DNA of 64,000 nucleotides from Podospora anserina (Eukaryota): NCBI GenBank assembly GCA_017654855.1, contig CM030332.1, positions 6,572,001 to 6,636,000 of the forward strand, read 5' to 3'. Shown piece by piece: positions 39,763 to 49,740 of this stretch (position 1 is its first letter; each line of letters starts with the position of its first letter). The notes under the pieces were generated by a model. It saw only the letters and a program-made list of their open reading frames with translations, ran no database searches and was not told where the DNA came from. The position numbers and the translations under genes were made by a program.

Positions 39763-41002
39763 CTCTACGCTCAATGCCGAAACAAATGTTCTATAGGGCA
39801 TACATCATCATTCCCAATAGGGAAACAATCAATAACTACTACGTATCACGATCACGATCACCATAGCATAGATATTTACGTTCATGATGATATCGCGTTT
39901 CCTAATTGCCTTACTGCAGTGCGCATCGAATCCAGTTCAGGGGCTCGACCGAATCTGCGATTGAATTGGTGTAGAGCCTGTACTATCAACAATGGTCCTA
40001 GATTTTGTTCATGGTTTTCAGAGCATGGTAGGAAGATGTTTCGGGGTCATGGAAGCACGCGAACAGGACTAACTTTTACTTTGGAGTAGGAGGGATAGAC
40101 TTTAATCAGTCAAAATCGAGGTTCCTATCTTTATATATTAGCCTACCCATTCATTCTGTCCAAAGTGTACTTCCAGGACATCCACATAATGAAACCGGTG
40201 AGAGTTAAAGTCTGGTCATACAAACAATTCCAGCACCTGGAAAAATAAAGTCAACAGAAAAACCATAACTACAGGCGATTGCCTTGATAATCAAGTTATC
40301 GCTAAGATTTCTCATAGCCATCATTTACTTTAGGTATATATTCAGTTTAGCTCCAACCAACGTTTCATACACATTCTTAGTCACCGTAGACTCATCATTC
40401 ACGACCGATCCGACATTATAGGAGCAACCTCCACCGTATAGGTAAGGCGTCAAGCGAGGGCTTACAATTAAGTTTCAGAAAATAGGAGCAGGACAACTCA
40501 CAGGTTATCCATCATTTTTCTCACGTTAACTAGGTTCAGACCCAGAGCCTGGCAAAGGTTGTGGCGGGTGTGGTTGATGCGGGCCTGCTCAAGGACAGGA
40601 TTTGTCATTAGTTATTGCAGCTAGTGGCCTTTGGTGATGTGTCTTCACAATGACAAGATACAGCCACGATAAGGAAGTGTTCGGAAGAAGCAACCTGCGA
40701 GATGAGGAGTAACCTAAGGTCCTAAAGCTTCGGGCAGCCTATGGTAATCGGGTGGCTGGGGAAGGTGATTCTCAACTCCTGCCAGTCATATGGCCGGGGT
40801 GAATAACCTCCTGGCAGCGAATGGGGTCATCCTTAGAAACTATAAAGTCCCCCTTCCTTTTCCAAACCCTCCCTCTTCTCTCTTCATTTATACCCATCCA
40901 CCACACAGCTTAAGTCCTGACACCTCATCACAGCAATCTCCGACATATCATCGCTACAATCGAGGCACTTCCCGAAAGTCTTCCTAATCCACCGGCACAT
41001 CC

Positions 41003-41191
41003 ATCTTTACGATCACGATACCTGGAAGGATGCTTTCCCAGTTCAAAGCCGATACCGAGGACAATATAAACACCAAATTGACCAGTTCGAACCCGTTTCT
41101 GGCTAAGGACAGTATCCAGAGCAACGCCAATCCTTTTAGGAACTCTATCATCAAGGGTTTCTCTGAGTGGGGGCGAGACTGGTACATCTGA
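41003..41191 (+). pseudogene. Possible third, degenerate MFTI-family copy (ATC in place of ATG; 53-aa ORF from ATG 41030)
   Basis: ATC TTT ACG ATC ACG ATA (IFTITI) lies 162 bp after TATAAA, in frame with MLSQFKADTEDNINTK...WGRDWYI*. Confidence 0.35.
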
Positions 41192-43493
41192 ATATCGATT
41201 GATGATGACAAACATTGTATGTGACCAGTGGATCTTTGGTACCTACCGAAATCTCTCAAATATATACTATTTTTTCTAAAATTGGTCCGTGATTGGGATC
41301 ACGATCTCTTCTGCTCTTTGCTGCTGGCTAATTTCAGGGGCTCAGGGGCTCAGCAGATGGTTCGTCGAATCTTGCAACCTGAGGTAAATAGGTAGTATGG
41401 AGCATGCAGTGTCAACAATCATCTTTTCTCCAATGTTGTGACTCTTCTTCCGGTAGAAATGTCCAGGTGGACTGACGAACTTGCTTATGAAAGCTCATCG
41501 CATATATGGCGCATGGTACGAAGCTATTGGGAAGTCTTCGTGGAGAAGGTCTGTGCAGTTGTTGTTTACGGGGGTCCGGGGCTTGACGCATGTCGAGATG
41601 TGATTGGCTCTTGACCTGCGATGTCAACAACCATCTTGTGCACCCAAGGTACTGACACTTTGCTGCGATGATGCTATGGGTGCAAATATGCATTTTCAAG
41701 AATCAAATTTTGTCAACTCGCCCAGGTTTTTGCTTAAAGTCAAAGCCTCATTTTGCCGTAACAAATGAGCCAATAGCTCACTTCATACAAAAAACTGCCA
41801 ATCTTTATTTAGGTATCTACATTCGTTCGACAAAGCACTTAGGTCAAGCTCGACCTACCTACCTACCTATACATCTTGTGTTCACTACGAGGTGATCCTT
41901 AAAATTTCGAAATGCAATGCAAAATGCCTCATCATTATCATCACTGATGCGTATTGCCGTGTATTTGTACTACAGGAGTGTACGAGGTGTGCAACTTGGC
42001 TTACTCTAGCTTTTGCAAGAAGACGAAGGTTCACGCAATGGTTTGGGCGCTGCGTCATTCCAGTGGTATGGAGATGCCTATGGTGACCAGCCGTTCTAGG
42101 TCATAGACAATGCTTGGTCCGTTGAGGTCTATAACTGTTGTAACGGTTAGGTGACACATCATTGTGTATTAAGATATATAGCATATCCACTTGCAATCTG
42201 TTCGGAAGGTTCCTTGCCACTCACATGAAATTGGTGTTTTTTCAGCCACAACTGTGGAGAAGTTTTCTCTGTCCTACATTCACTTCGAAGCTTTCGGGAG
42301 TAACTTGTGGGTTTGAAATCTCATTTGAAGAAAGGTTCACTTTTTATCTGGGTCTGAGAGAGATAACGAAGGTGAATAGAGATTGCGTTATAAATAAGTT
42401 CTTAGACCACATGACTGTGGTACTCCCGTTTTATTCTTCTCTTTTACATTAACAAACCGGTCAGGCAAGACGAATTGCTACTGCCTAATCAACACAATTG
42501 CTAATCTCAAAGCTAGCTATCTATTAGCTTATCGATATATTTTCACAATGTCTTTTTCTACTAAAGAATGCAGTAAGACTGCCTAGTAAGTTAAGCCTAA
42601 GGTGGACAGTTCTAAGTCTGCAAATACCTTTGTTCGGTATGGAAATGTCCGTACGACTCCCTCTCGTGTTACACAGACGCCCAGCGAGAAAATACATAAT
42701 CTAAAAACGAGGTTTTCTTCAGACAAGACCAAAATGTAGGTGATCTGTATTTTGAAGTTTAATTTATGATAGATCTGGACAATAATACTAATGCGTTTGT
42801 GATACCCCAAAGCCTAAATGCTATGCATATCTTGCAACTGTCTAAGGCAATTTACGTAGTAATATTCCAGATGACAATCAAATAGCGGGAAGCTTTTGCA
42901 GATTCTGCTGGAGAAATCCCAGATAGTGGACACGGAATAATTATTCAGCACACTTTACCAAACTGGTTTCTTTGATCCATAGTGCATATAGCTCATGGCA
43001 GGTGACACATTACCGAGATTCATGGGGCTTTCTGTCCGGGAAATACGAGTTGATGTCACTTAAGCTGGCTATACATGTGTAACATGATGGTCTGGTCATT
43101 CGAAGGAATGTGTTTTAGAACGAATGATGCCCCCGATCGAAGCGCATGTGGGCTAGATAACATGAACTTGATCCAGAGCAGAGCGCAAACTTCAGGTACT
43201 TGAGACTTAATTTATGTCCTGCCTCCCGTGTTCAGTCCGGTGGAGGGAAATGTTTTGCTATTTTCGGCCTCACTTATGGGGTGTCGCAATAATAAGTCGT
43301 ACCCTACCCTCGTTGCTATTCATATTATTTTTAGTATTATTTAAAAATAATTAGTACTACGGTATTTAAAGTTATTTAAACTAATTAGTAAAAGGCTTAC
43401 CGTTAAGGAATAAATATTTTAGTAGTGAGACCTAAATTGCCCAGTTAATAAAAAGCTTATTATTAAGGAATTAATTATTAAATTTAATAAATA

Positions 43494-44082
43494 ACGTGCA
43501 TGATAAACGAGCGCCGCAGACAAGCGAGCGCCGCACTTTCTACCACCCTACCACAGCTATCCTCAATTACACAACCACAACACTAGGAAACAACGATAAC
43601 TGAACTAGAAATAGATGAATCAGATAATTCTGCAGCCTCCTGGCATGTACGTGCATTATGGCCAGGCTTACCGCACACGCCACAGCACCGAATCTTCGTA
43701 CGAGACCCCCCTGCACCACCACCACTTTGTCGTATTTCCTGGGCTACCTGCTCACCCACAGCCTTCTGATCTAGTAGATCCTGTGCCTCTTGTATAGTAA
43801 GTGACCCTCCAAGCCGCACACGTGTTTTTTTGGCTCTCCGTCTCTTACTAAGCTCCTCATTGGCCTTGCGTAGCGAAGAGACCTCTGCACGGAGAAGAGC
43901 CACCTCGTGCATTATACCCATTGCTCCCTTGGTAAATTGGTCCATAGCGGCTAGCATTAAGGTTGGAGAGCTGTCTTGATAGTTAGAAATTCGAGTTTTA
44001 ATAAGCGTTGACTGTGAGGTGACCTCTCGAGGGTTGTGTGGCGTTTGAGAGACCCACGGTAGTGCCGTGGTTAGGCTTGAGG
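43494..44082 (-). mobile_element. 3' fragment of a second Fot1/Pot2-like DNA transposon (one TIR plus transposase C-terminus)
   Basis: TA then ACGTGCATGATAAACGAGCGCCGCAGACAAGCGAGCGCCGCAC, a TIR with an internal repeat. The ORF reads PWVSQTPHN..LRKANEELSKRRRAKK..CGVCGKPGHNARTC (zinc knuckle). Confidence 0.85.
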
Positions 44083-44524
44083 TGTGACGAACCCCTGTAC
44101 AGAACCTCTGAAAGGGATACGGGTTGAAGGTAACTTCTGACAATTGGTTCGGTGCAGCTAAACAGTGCACAACAAGATGTCTCAATGTAAACACAAGATA
44201 CCGTGAATATAACTGTGGATTACATACTACGGAACTATCTATCTACACCAGCCAGTTCCTCCGTATATATAGATCCTGGGGCCCTGAGGTGCTCGCCCTG
44301 CTACGGCCCCGATTACCCATAGCACATTGCATCCTGCAAAGTGCTCGTCATGCTATGCCTCTGATCACTCGTAGCATCTTGCATCCTGCAGAGTGCTCGT
44401 GTGTCTTGGCGCCATAGCACTTTCGTCCAGCCCTGATTGGCTGTCTCCTGACTTCTCTAATGATTGGCTAGGGACGTCCTGCGCCCCACATGTGGCGCGG
44501 CCTGCTGTTGGGTTAACTGTGATA
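44083..44524. mobile_element. Probable LTR (TGTGAC...GTGATA)
   Basis: It abruptly truncates both the transposase and the gag frames. It has a TG start, an end resembling GTGACA with a RIP change, an internal TATATA and a duplicated GCATCCTGCA.AGTGCTCGT. No matching TSD. Confidence 0.6.
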
Positions 44525-45900
44525 GGTGGTAGGCCTTATATAGCTCGTCTCGGAGGGTAGGCTGCGCCGGAGCGTACTGTGAGCGTAGGCGCTTATAGGC
44601 CACAACGGGGTCGGTTTCGAAGGCTATAGTGGATAACGGGCCTTCCTTTAGTGTATTTCTGAGGGTCAATAGCAGGGCTGCCTTCTGTGGGTCAGAAAGC
44701 CGGGCGTCTACCGAATCAGGATTCTCCAGAAATTTAGGTATTCCAAGGGCCCTAAATTGTATGGAAATGGCCTGGTGCCACTATTAGTAGTTATCGGGTC
44801 CTGAAAGGCGCTGTCGTTTAGCGAGGTTTAGGGACTGTTTAACGAGCTCTTTTGTGGTAAGTGTGCTGAAGGTCGCTGTAAAAGGTTCTGTAACAGGTGC
44901 TGAAGGTACTAAAGCAGCTGGAGCCACGGAAGGCTCGGTAGTGTGGGTAGCCGGTATAGCTACTAGCTGTTTAGTAGCCTGGGCTTCAAGCAGTGATATA
45001 ACCTGCCGAAGCCTGTCCTTAATAGTGTCGATACGGGCCTGTAAGGCCTATACTATAGGGCTAGTAGCCTCTGTGACACCTAAGTGGTCTTGGTCCATAG
45101 GCTGGTTAGCCATAATAAAGGCAAGGACTTAGTAGAAATAAACCGTATAGGTCAATGAGTAGGCTTCTCGGAAGCTGTACAGCATATAGTACAGTGCTGT
45201 AAGTCGACGATTGGCCTAAAGGTATTAGCCAAATTTATAATCACAGCAGTAGAAAAGCCTGTGGTACAGCGCTAATTCCACTGGAAAAGGCTTCTTAGTA
45301 AGAAGCCGTACAGCCTATAGTACAGTGCTATAAGTACGTCGACTGGAAGCGCACAAGTAGGCTAGATTCTAGGCTAGGTAGTTACCCGGGCTCATAACCT
45401 ATTAGCTAGTGAGCCCTAATAGGCCTATAATATAGAACCTATATAGGGTTGCTGTAAAATACAGCAGTGCGCAAGCGGAAGCGGGAGGATACGACGGCAG
45501 TGCCGAAGGAAGGTAAAGCACTATAATACAGTAAGGTATAAGGAATAAGAATTGCCTTTATTGCCTTTGGCCTTAGCTTTAAACTTTAGCCTTTAAGGAA
45601 AAAAAGAAAGGAACTATTCTACAGGAGACAGGAGAGGTCTATATATAGGCCTTCGTAGGCCTACTGTGGGTCCTGTAGGCCCTGGAAGCCCCTATACCAC
45701 TTTGAGGTATTTGTTGGGCTTAGGTGGGTCTAGTGTAGACTCACGGAAATCCATAAAACCTTCGGTAGTAAAGATGCCCTGTAAATCACACTATTGTGGC
45801 AACTTACTGCGTAAGATTATAGCCACTTTAGAAGGTTCTAGTATCTATTAACTAAGCCTCAGGCCACAGTAGCCCTGTAAGCCTTTAAAGGTCCCTTATA
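44525..45900 (-). mobile_element. 5' part of a Ty1/copia retrotransposon (LTR, PBS region, gag N-terminus), RIP-mutated
   Basis: Minus-strand GGTTATGAGCCC at ~45399-45388 is typical of copia PBS regions. The gag relic reads RLSGPDNY**WHQAISIQFRALG..AYKRLRSQY. The LTR boundary is approximate. Confidence 0.72.
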
Positions 45901-46039
45901 AAGAATATTCTAAAGGGATCTAAGCCGGGAAGTTCCACTACTGCTTATAGCAGTACTACCCACTGTAATATTAATTTGTAGGGCAGTAAGTAGGGCACTT
46001 AGTAGTACCCACACATTAACAATTATTTTATAAACTTAG

Positions 46040-46262
46040 TGTTACGGATTGGCTAGAAAGTCTGAGACAAAGGCAAACAGTTATCACACCAAATTGATTA
46101 AATTGCAAGGTAAAGAAAAAAAGAAGCAAAAATCAATCCAGGGCTTCGAAGCAGACTTTTTAACGAAGGAAAGCTTTGACTACCCGGTCGCTCCCAGAGC
46201 CCCACATGGCCCACGCGCCTAGGATCCCACAGACCTACAAGTTACGTGCCAGCGCCGTGACA
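46040..46262. mobile_element. Solo LTR (223 bp)
   Basis: TGTTACGG...CCGTGACA inverted termini with a perfect 5-bp TSD CTTAG (46035-39 and 46263-67). Confidence 0.88.
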
Positions 46263-47039
46263 CTTAGTAGTTTAATAGATTTTACTTTCTGGGTAATACT
46301 TAAAACTAAACCTAAAATCCTGTTAATTAGACCGGCGGTACTAACCACTTTAATATTTATTTTTTATTTTAGTCGGGCGATATATTATAGAACGTATATT
46401 CTATATTACTAATAAGTTTGTGGGATTAAGCTGCCGGTTAATGGTATACGCCGGTATTAACTATTTTAGAGGGTTCTCGAGCTTTTAAGTAAATAACTAC
46501 GGAAGTCGTAATGGGGCGTCAATCAAGAGCTTCAATATTGTCTACTAAGCAACTTATTAATTGGTCAGCAATATCAGGACCATGAAGGGTCCAGAAATGG
46601 GCAGAGGGTGGCGGAGCCTGGTGAGACCGTAAGATGCAGTTCACGCAGATAGCTTATTGAAAGCTGAAGAAGTGGCACGACAGAACGGTTCAACTGTTAG
46701 TCCCGTCAACTGGTACCTATTCGCCAGTGAAACTGATCCAAACATAGAGTGATGATACCTACCTAAATCATGCACACTCCCCGTCGCTTGTACCTTTTCC
46801 ACATTTCCTTTACTCTAAAACCCATCCCTCTCGCCACCACCCATCATTAACAACCACAGCTATCACGCAGAAGCATCGACGATAATAGCGTGCCACCACA
46901 ACGGCTGCGAAGCAAGGCGGATAATTTAAATTCACGGACGACCCGTAAAACTATGGACGATGTAGCTAGGTAGATACCGGGTATCTACCATAATCGCTCT
47001 CCACCTCAAAACCCAGAGTACCCAGAATCAGCTACCTAC

Positions 47040-47653
47040 TTAGAAATCCTTGGGTCCGCAGTACTGCTTTGTACGCCAGACGAGATACAAGTAATCGCCG
47101 CCACGACCCTTGTTGATGTCACCCGACATGCGGTCCCAGCCACCGGGAGGGCTTCCCTGCTCATCACCGGTTCTCCAGAGAGCAACATCGGTAACGAAGC
47201 TGGTAAAGCAAGAGTGGTTAGCTACTGTTCTCCAGGGAAAAAACTAACAGGACTTGGAACAACTTACTTAGTGGCATCCATATTGTTGGACCACGAGAAG
47301 TAGCGGTAGTCGCCGCCGGCACCCTTGGCCAGGTCATCATTGCGGTTGCCGTCGGCGCTGCCGCGGATGTCGGTCCAGAAATTGTCGACCATCATTTTGG
47401 GTCTGGGAGCGCGCCTGGGGATGAGCCAGACGTACTCGCCGCCGAAACCCTTGTTGATGTCGGCGGACTGACCGTTGATCTCGTTGATGGAGTCTCCGGG
47501 CTTGTCCTCACCGTAGACAGTCTGTTTGTGATCTGTTAGACTTGACGGGGCTCAACAGAAAACTGGTGTGTATCTTACATCAAACCAGGAGAAGAACTCT
47601 CCGTAGTTGCGGGTGGATCCGGGGGGATCGCTGCGGGTGGACTCAGAAGGCAT
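47040..47653 (-). CDS. 162-aa stand-alone three-repeat beta-prism protein (MABP-like); exons 47653-47579, 47521-47268, 47199-47040
   Basis: Introns have GTAAG donors, CTAAC branches and CAG acceptors and give a clean 489-nt CDS. Three repeats: DINKGFGGEYVWL, DLAKGAGGDYRYF, DINKGRGGDYLYL. A TATAAG lies ~120 bp upstream. Confidence 0.85.
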
Positions 47654-48859
47654 CTTGAGTGAAGGTGTTGAAGGTTAATCTTGTTGAGTTGGAATGCTGT
47701 GTGTCAGACAGATTTGTGTGAGCGGTGATGTCTAGAAGTGCTTGAATGTCGGAGAGACAGGCGTCCTTATATCCACGATGTGGAAACAACAGAAACTCAT
47801 TTCGAGGACATCTTCAACTCACAACCCTGTCTTCCGCGAATGGTTCACTTGTTGGTGTACCTTAGGTAGGTACGTACCGAGGACAGCAAGGTATTGAGTC
47901 TAGACCTGGTTGCGCTGCTGTCGAACAGGGCTAAAGAGGGCGGTGATCAGCTAGATAGCAGCTGAGGATCTCGTTACGGGCTAGCTTCGAAGTAGTGGCA
48001 TAGCTGAAGCACAAAGCCCGGACGTCACTGCGGAGCGGCCAATCACATCCGCAAACACCACGAGAACACTGGCATGACGCATATGCGTAAGTGGTTGAAC
48101 ATCATTGCGTTATTTGGAGAGGTGAAAGCCGCTATTGCAATGTGATGAACGCTTTCATGGCCTGCTGTTGTGATAGGTCATGCAGCCGGTGTGCAGGTGA
48201 AGAGCCAGTTCACCTCGTGCTAGTAGCAGCTGTGCCGACGCCGCATCAAAGTTCCCGAAGATATTCCGGAATCCGAAGGTCGGACGATGAGCACCAATGC
48301 GCTGTAGCCGACTGTGGATGGCTGAATGATGTTCTAGACCAGAGTGTTCATGTTGTGGAAACAAAAAAAGAACCTCAGTTGGCAATGAGGCTCCGAGATT
48401 CGGGACATCAATCAAGCAAGGTATCACAGTAAGGTATCTAGGTAGGTCGGCAGCAAAAGGTAGGGGTTGTGAGCTTCCAACCACCATTCGAACGACCTCA
48501 TGTTGAAGTTGGTTGTTAGATTCCATCTTACACCTACATGGTACTGTGGTACCCCCAGCAGACAGTGGGGATGGCTAGATCAATAAATATCAGGTAAGAT
48601 TGAAATCTCGGTTTTGTGAGCCATGACATCACATATTGGGTCTTCGACAAGATACCTAACTGACCTATATGGAAAGGGTATAGTTCTTTCGGAGAAAATG
48701 ATCTCCTGCAGGTACCTTCAGGTTTTCTACACACCCCTATGATAAATTCACGGCTTCTTCAGACTATTCTCACTTGTACCTTGTGCACTGTGTTGCAGCT
48801 CGCATTATTCAGCAGGCAATCGCTCTGACCTGTCCAGTTCTAGACTTTCCTAGACTTCC

Positions 48860-49470
48860 AATGTGACGGAGATCGTATCATTTAGGTTAATCGGGCCCTG
48901 AAAAGGGCATAGCCACCGGTTCGACCAAAGCTGAAGTTGGGTGGTCAACCAGACATCGTGATCCTGCTATCACTTGCGTTTGAAGATCAGTGATCAATAC
49001 CCGGGTCAGTTGAGAAGCCACAGCTGTAAAACAGCAATAATGATGCCACTATCACTCTCTTTGACAAGCAGCAACCCGACAATGACATAGACGCTGGGCT
49101 GGCCATCGCTGAGTAGGTATTTTCAGCTATGATCGAGTCATCACGATGCCAATATTACCTGCAATTGACGATCAAGAGCTCAGAAATGGCATAGGCGCTG
49201 ATGTGATAGAAGCTGTGAGGTTTCAGCTGTGCACTAGCCATCATGATGCCAATATCACTCCCATCTGAAGATCAGAAACGCGGAAAGGGCATAGACGCCG
49301 GTGTCTTCAAAGCTGAGGCACAGGTATGAGGCAATATCACCTGTGTTCGACAGTTAGGAACACAGAATGGGCAAAGGTGCTGGTAAAGTCAAAGCTGAGG
49401 AAACCCAGTTGCGGAGCAAGCATTCATGAGGTCACTATCACCTGTGTTTGGCGGTCAGCAACTGCAAACT
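48860..49470. repeat. Degenerate tandem array of ~82-103 bp units (about 6-7 copies)
   Basis: Recurring GA(T/G)GCCAATATCAC-like core at 48960, 49042, 49145, 49245, 49328 and 49428. Most are followed by AA(T/G)GGCATAG and AAGCTGA-like blocks. Confidence 0.75.
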
Positions 49471-49740
49471 AGAGAGAATTGAGAAGAATCTGCAAACCAG
49501 AGAGAATAGACGAGCGCCTGCAAGCACCTACCTCATTCATCCTGTGATCAGGTAAGGTAGATCCCGTAACTTGGTATCTTATGGAGAGCTGATTGATGGC
49601 CAAGGTCTAGAGAAACAGATAACATGTCGATATCGCCATCATCACTTTGATCTACTCTTAGAAAGCGCAGCTTTCCTCAGCATACTTTCTTTTGCACAAT
49701 CCCACAGTCCACATCAGTGCCTACCTTAACAACCATCGCC

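Larger units (their letters stand above)
43282..46510. mobile_element. Nested, RIP-mutated transposon block
   Basis: AT/TpA-rich termini, starting TGTCGC and ending GTCGTA, flanked by ATGGGG direct repeats (43276-81, 46511-16). It contains the four elements listed next. Confidence 0.7.

Noticed and set aside
41400..43250. Possible gene or TE relic in AT-richer DNA
   Set aside because: No convincing coding frame, termini or target-site duplication found by eye.
48860..49470. CRISPR-like interpretation of the repeat array
   Set aside because: Eukaryotic context, degenerate repeats, homologous rather than unique inter-repeat segments, and no cas genes.
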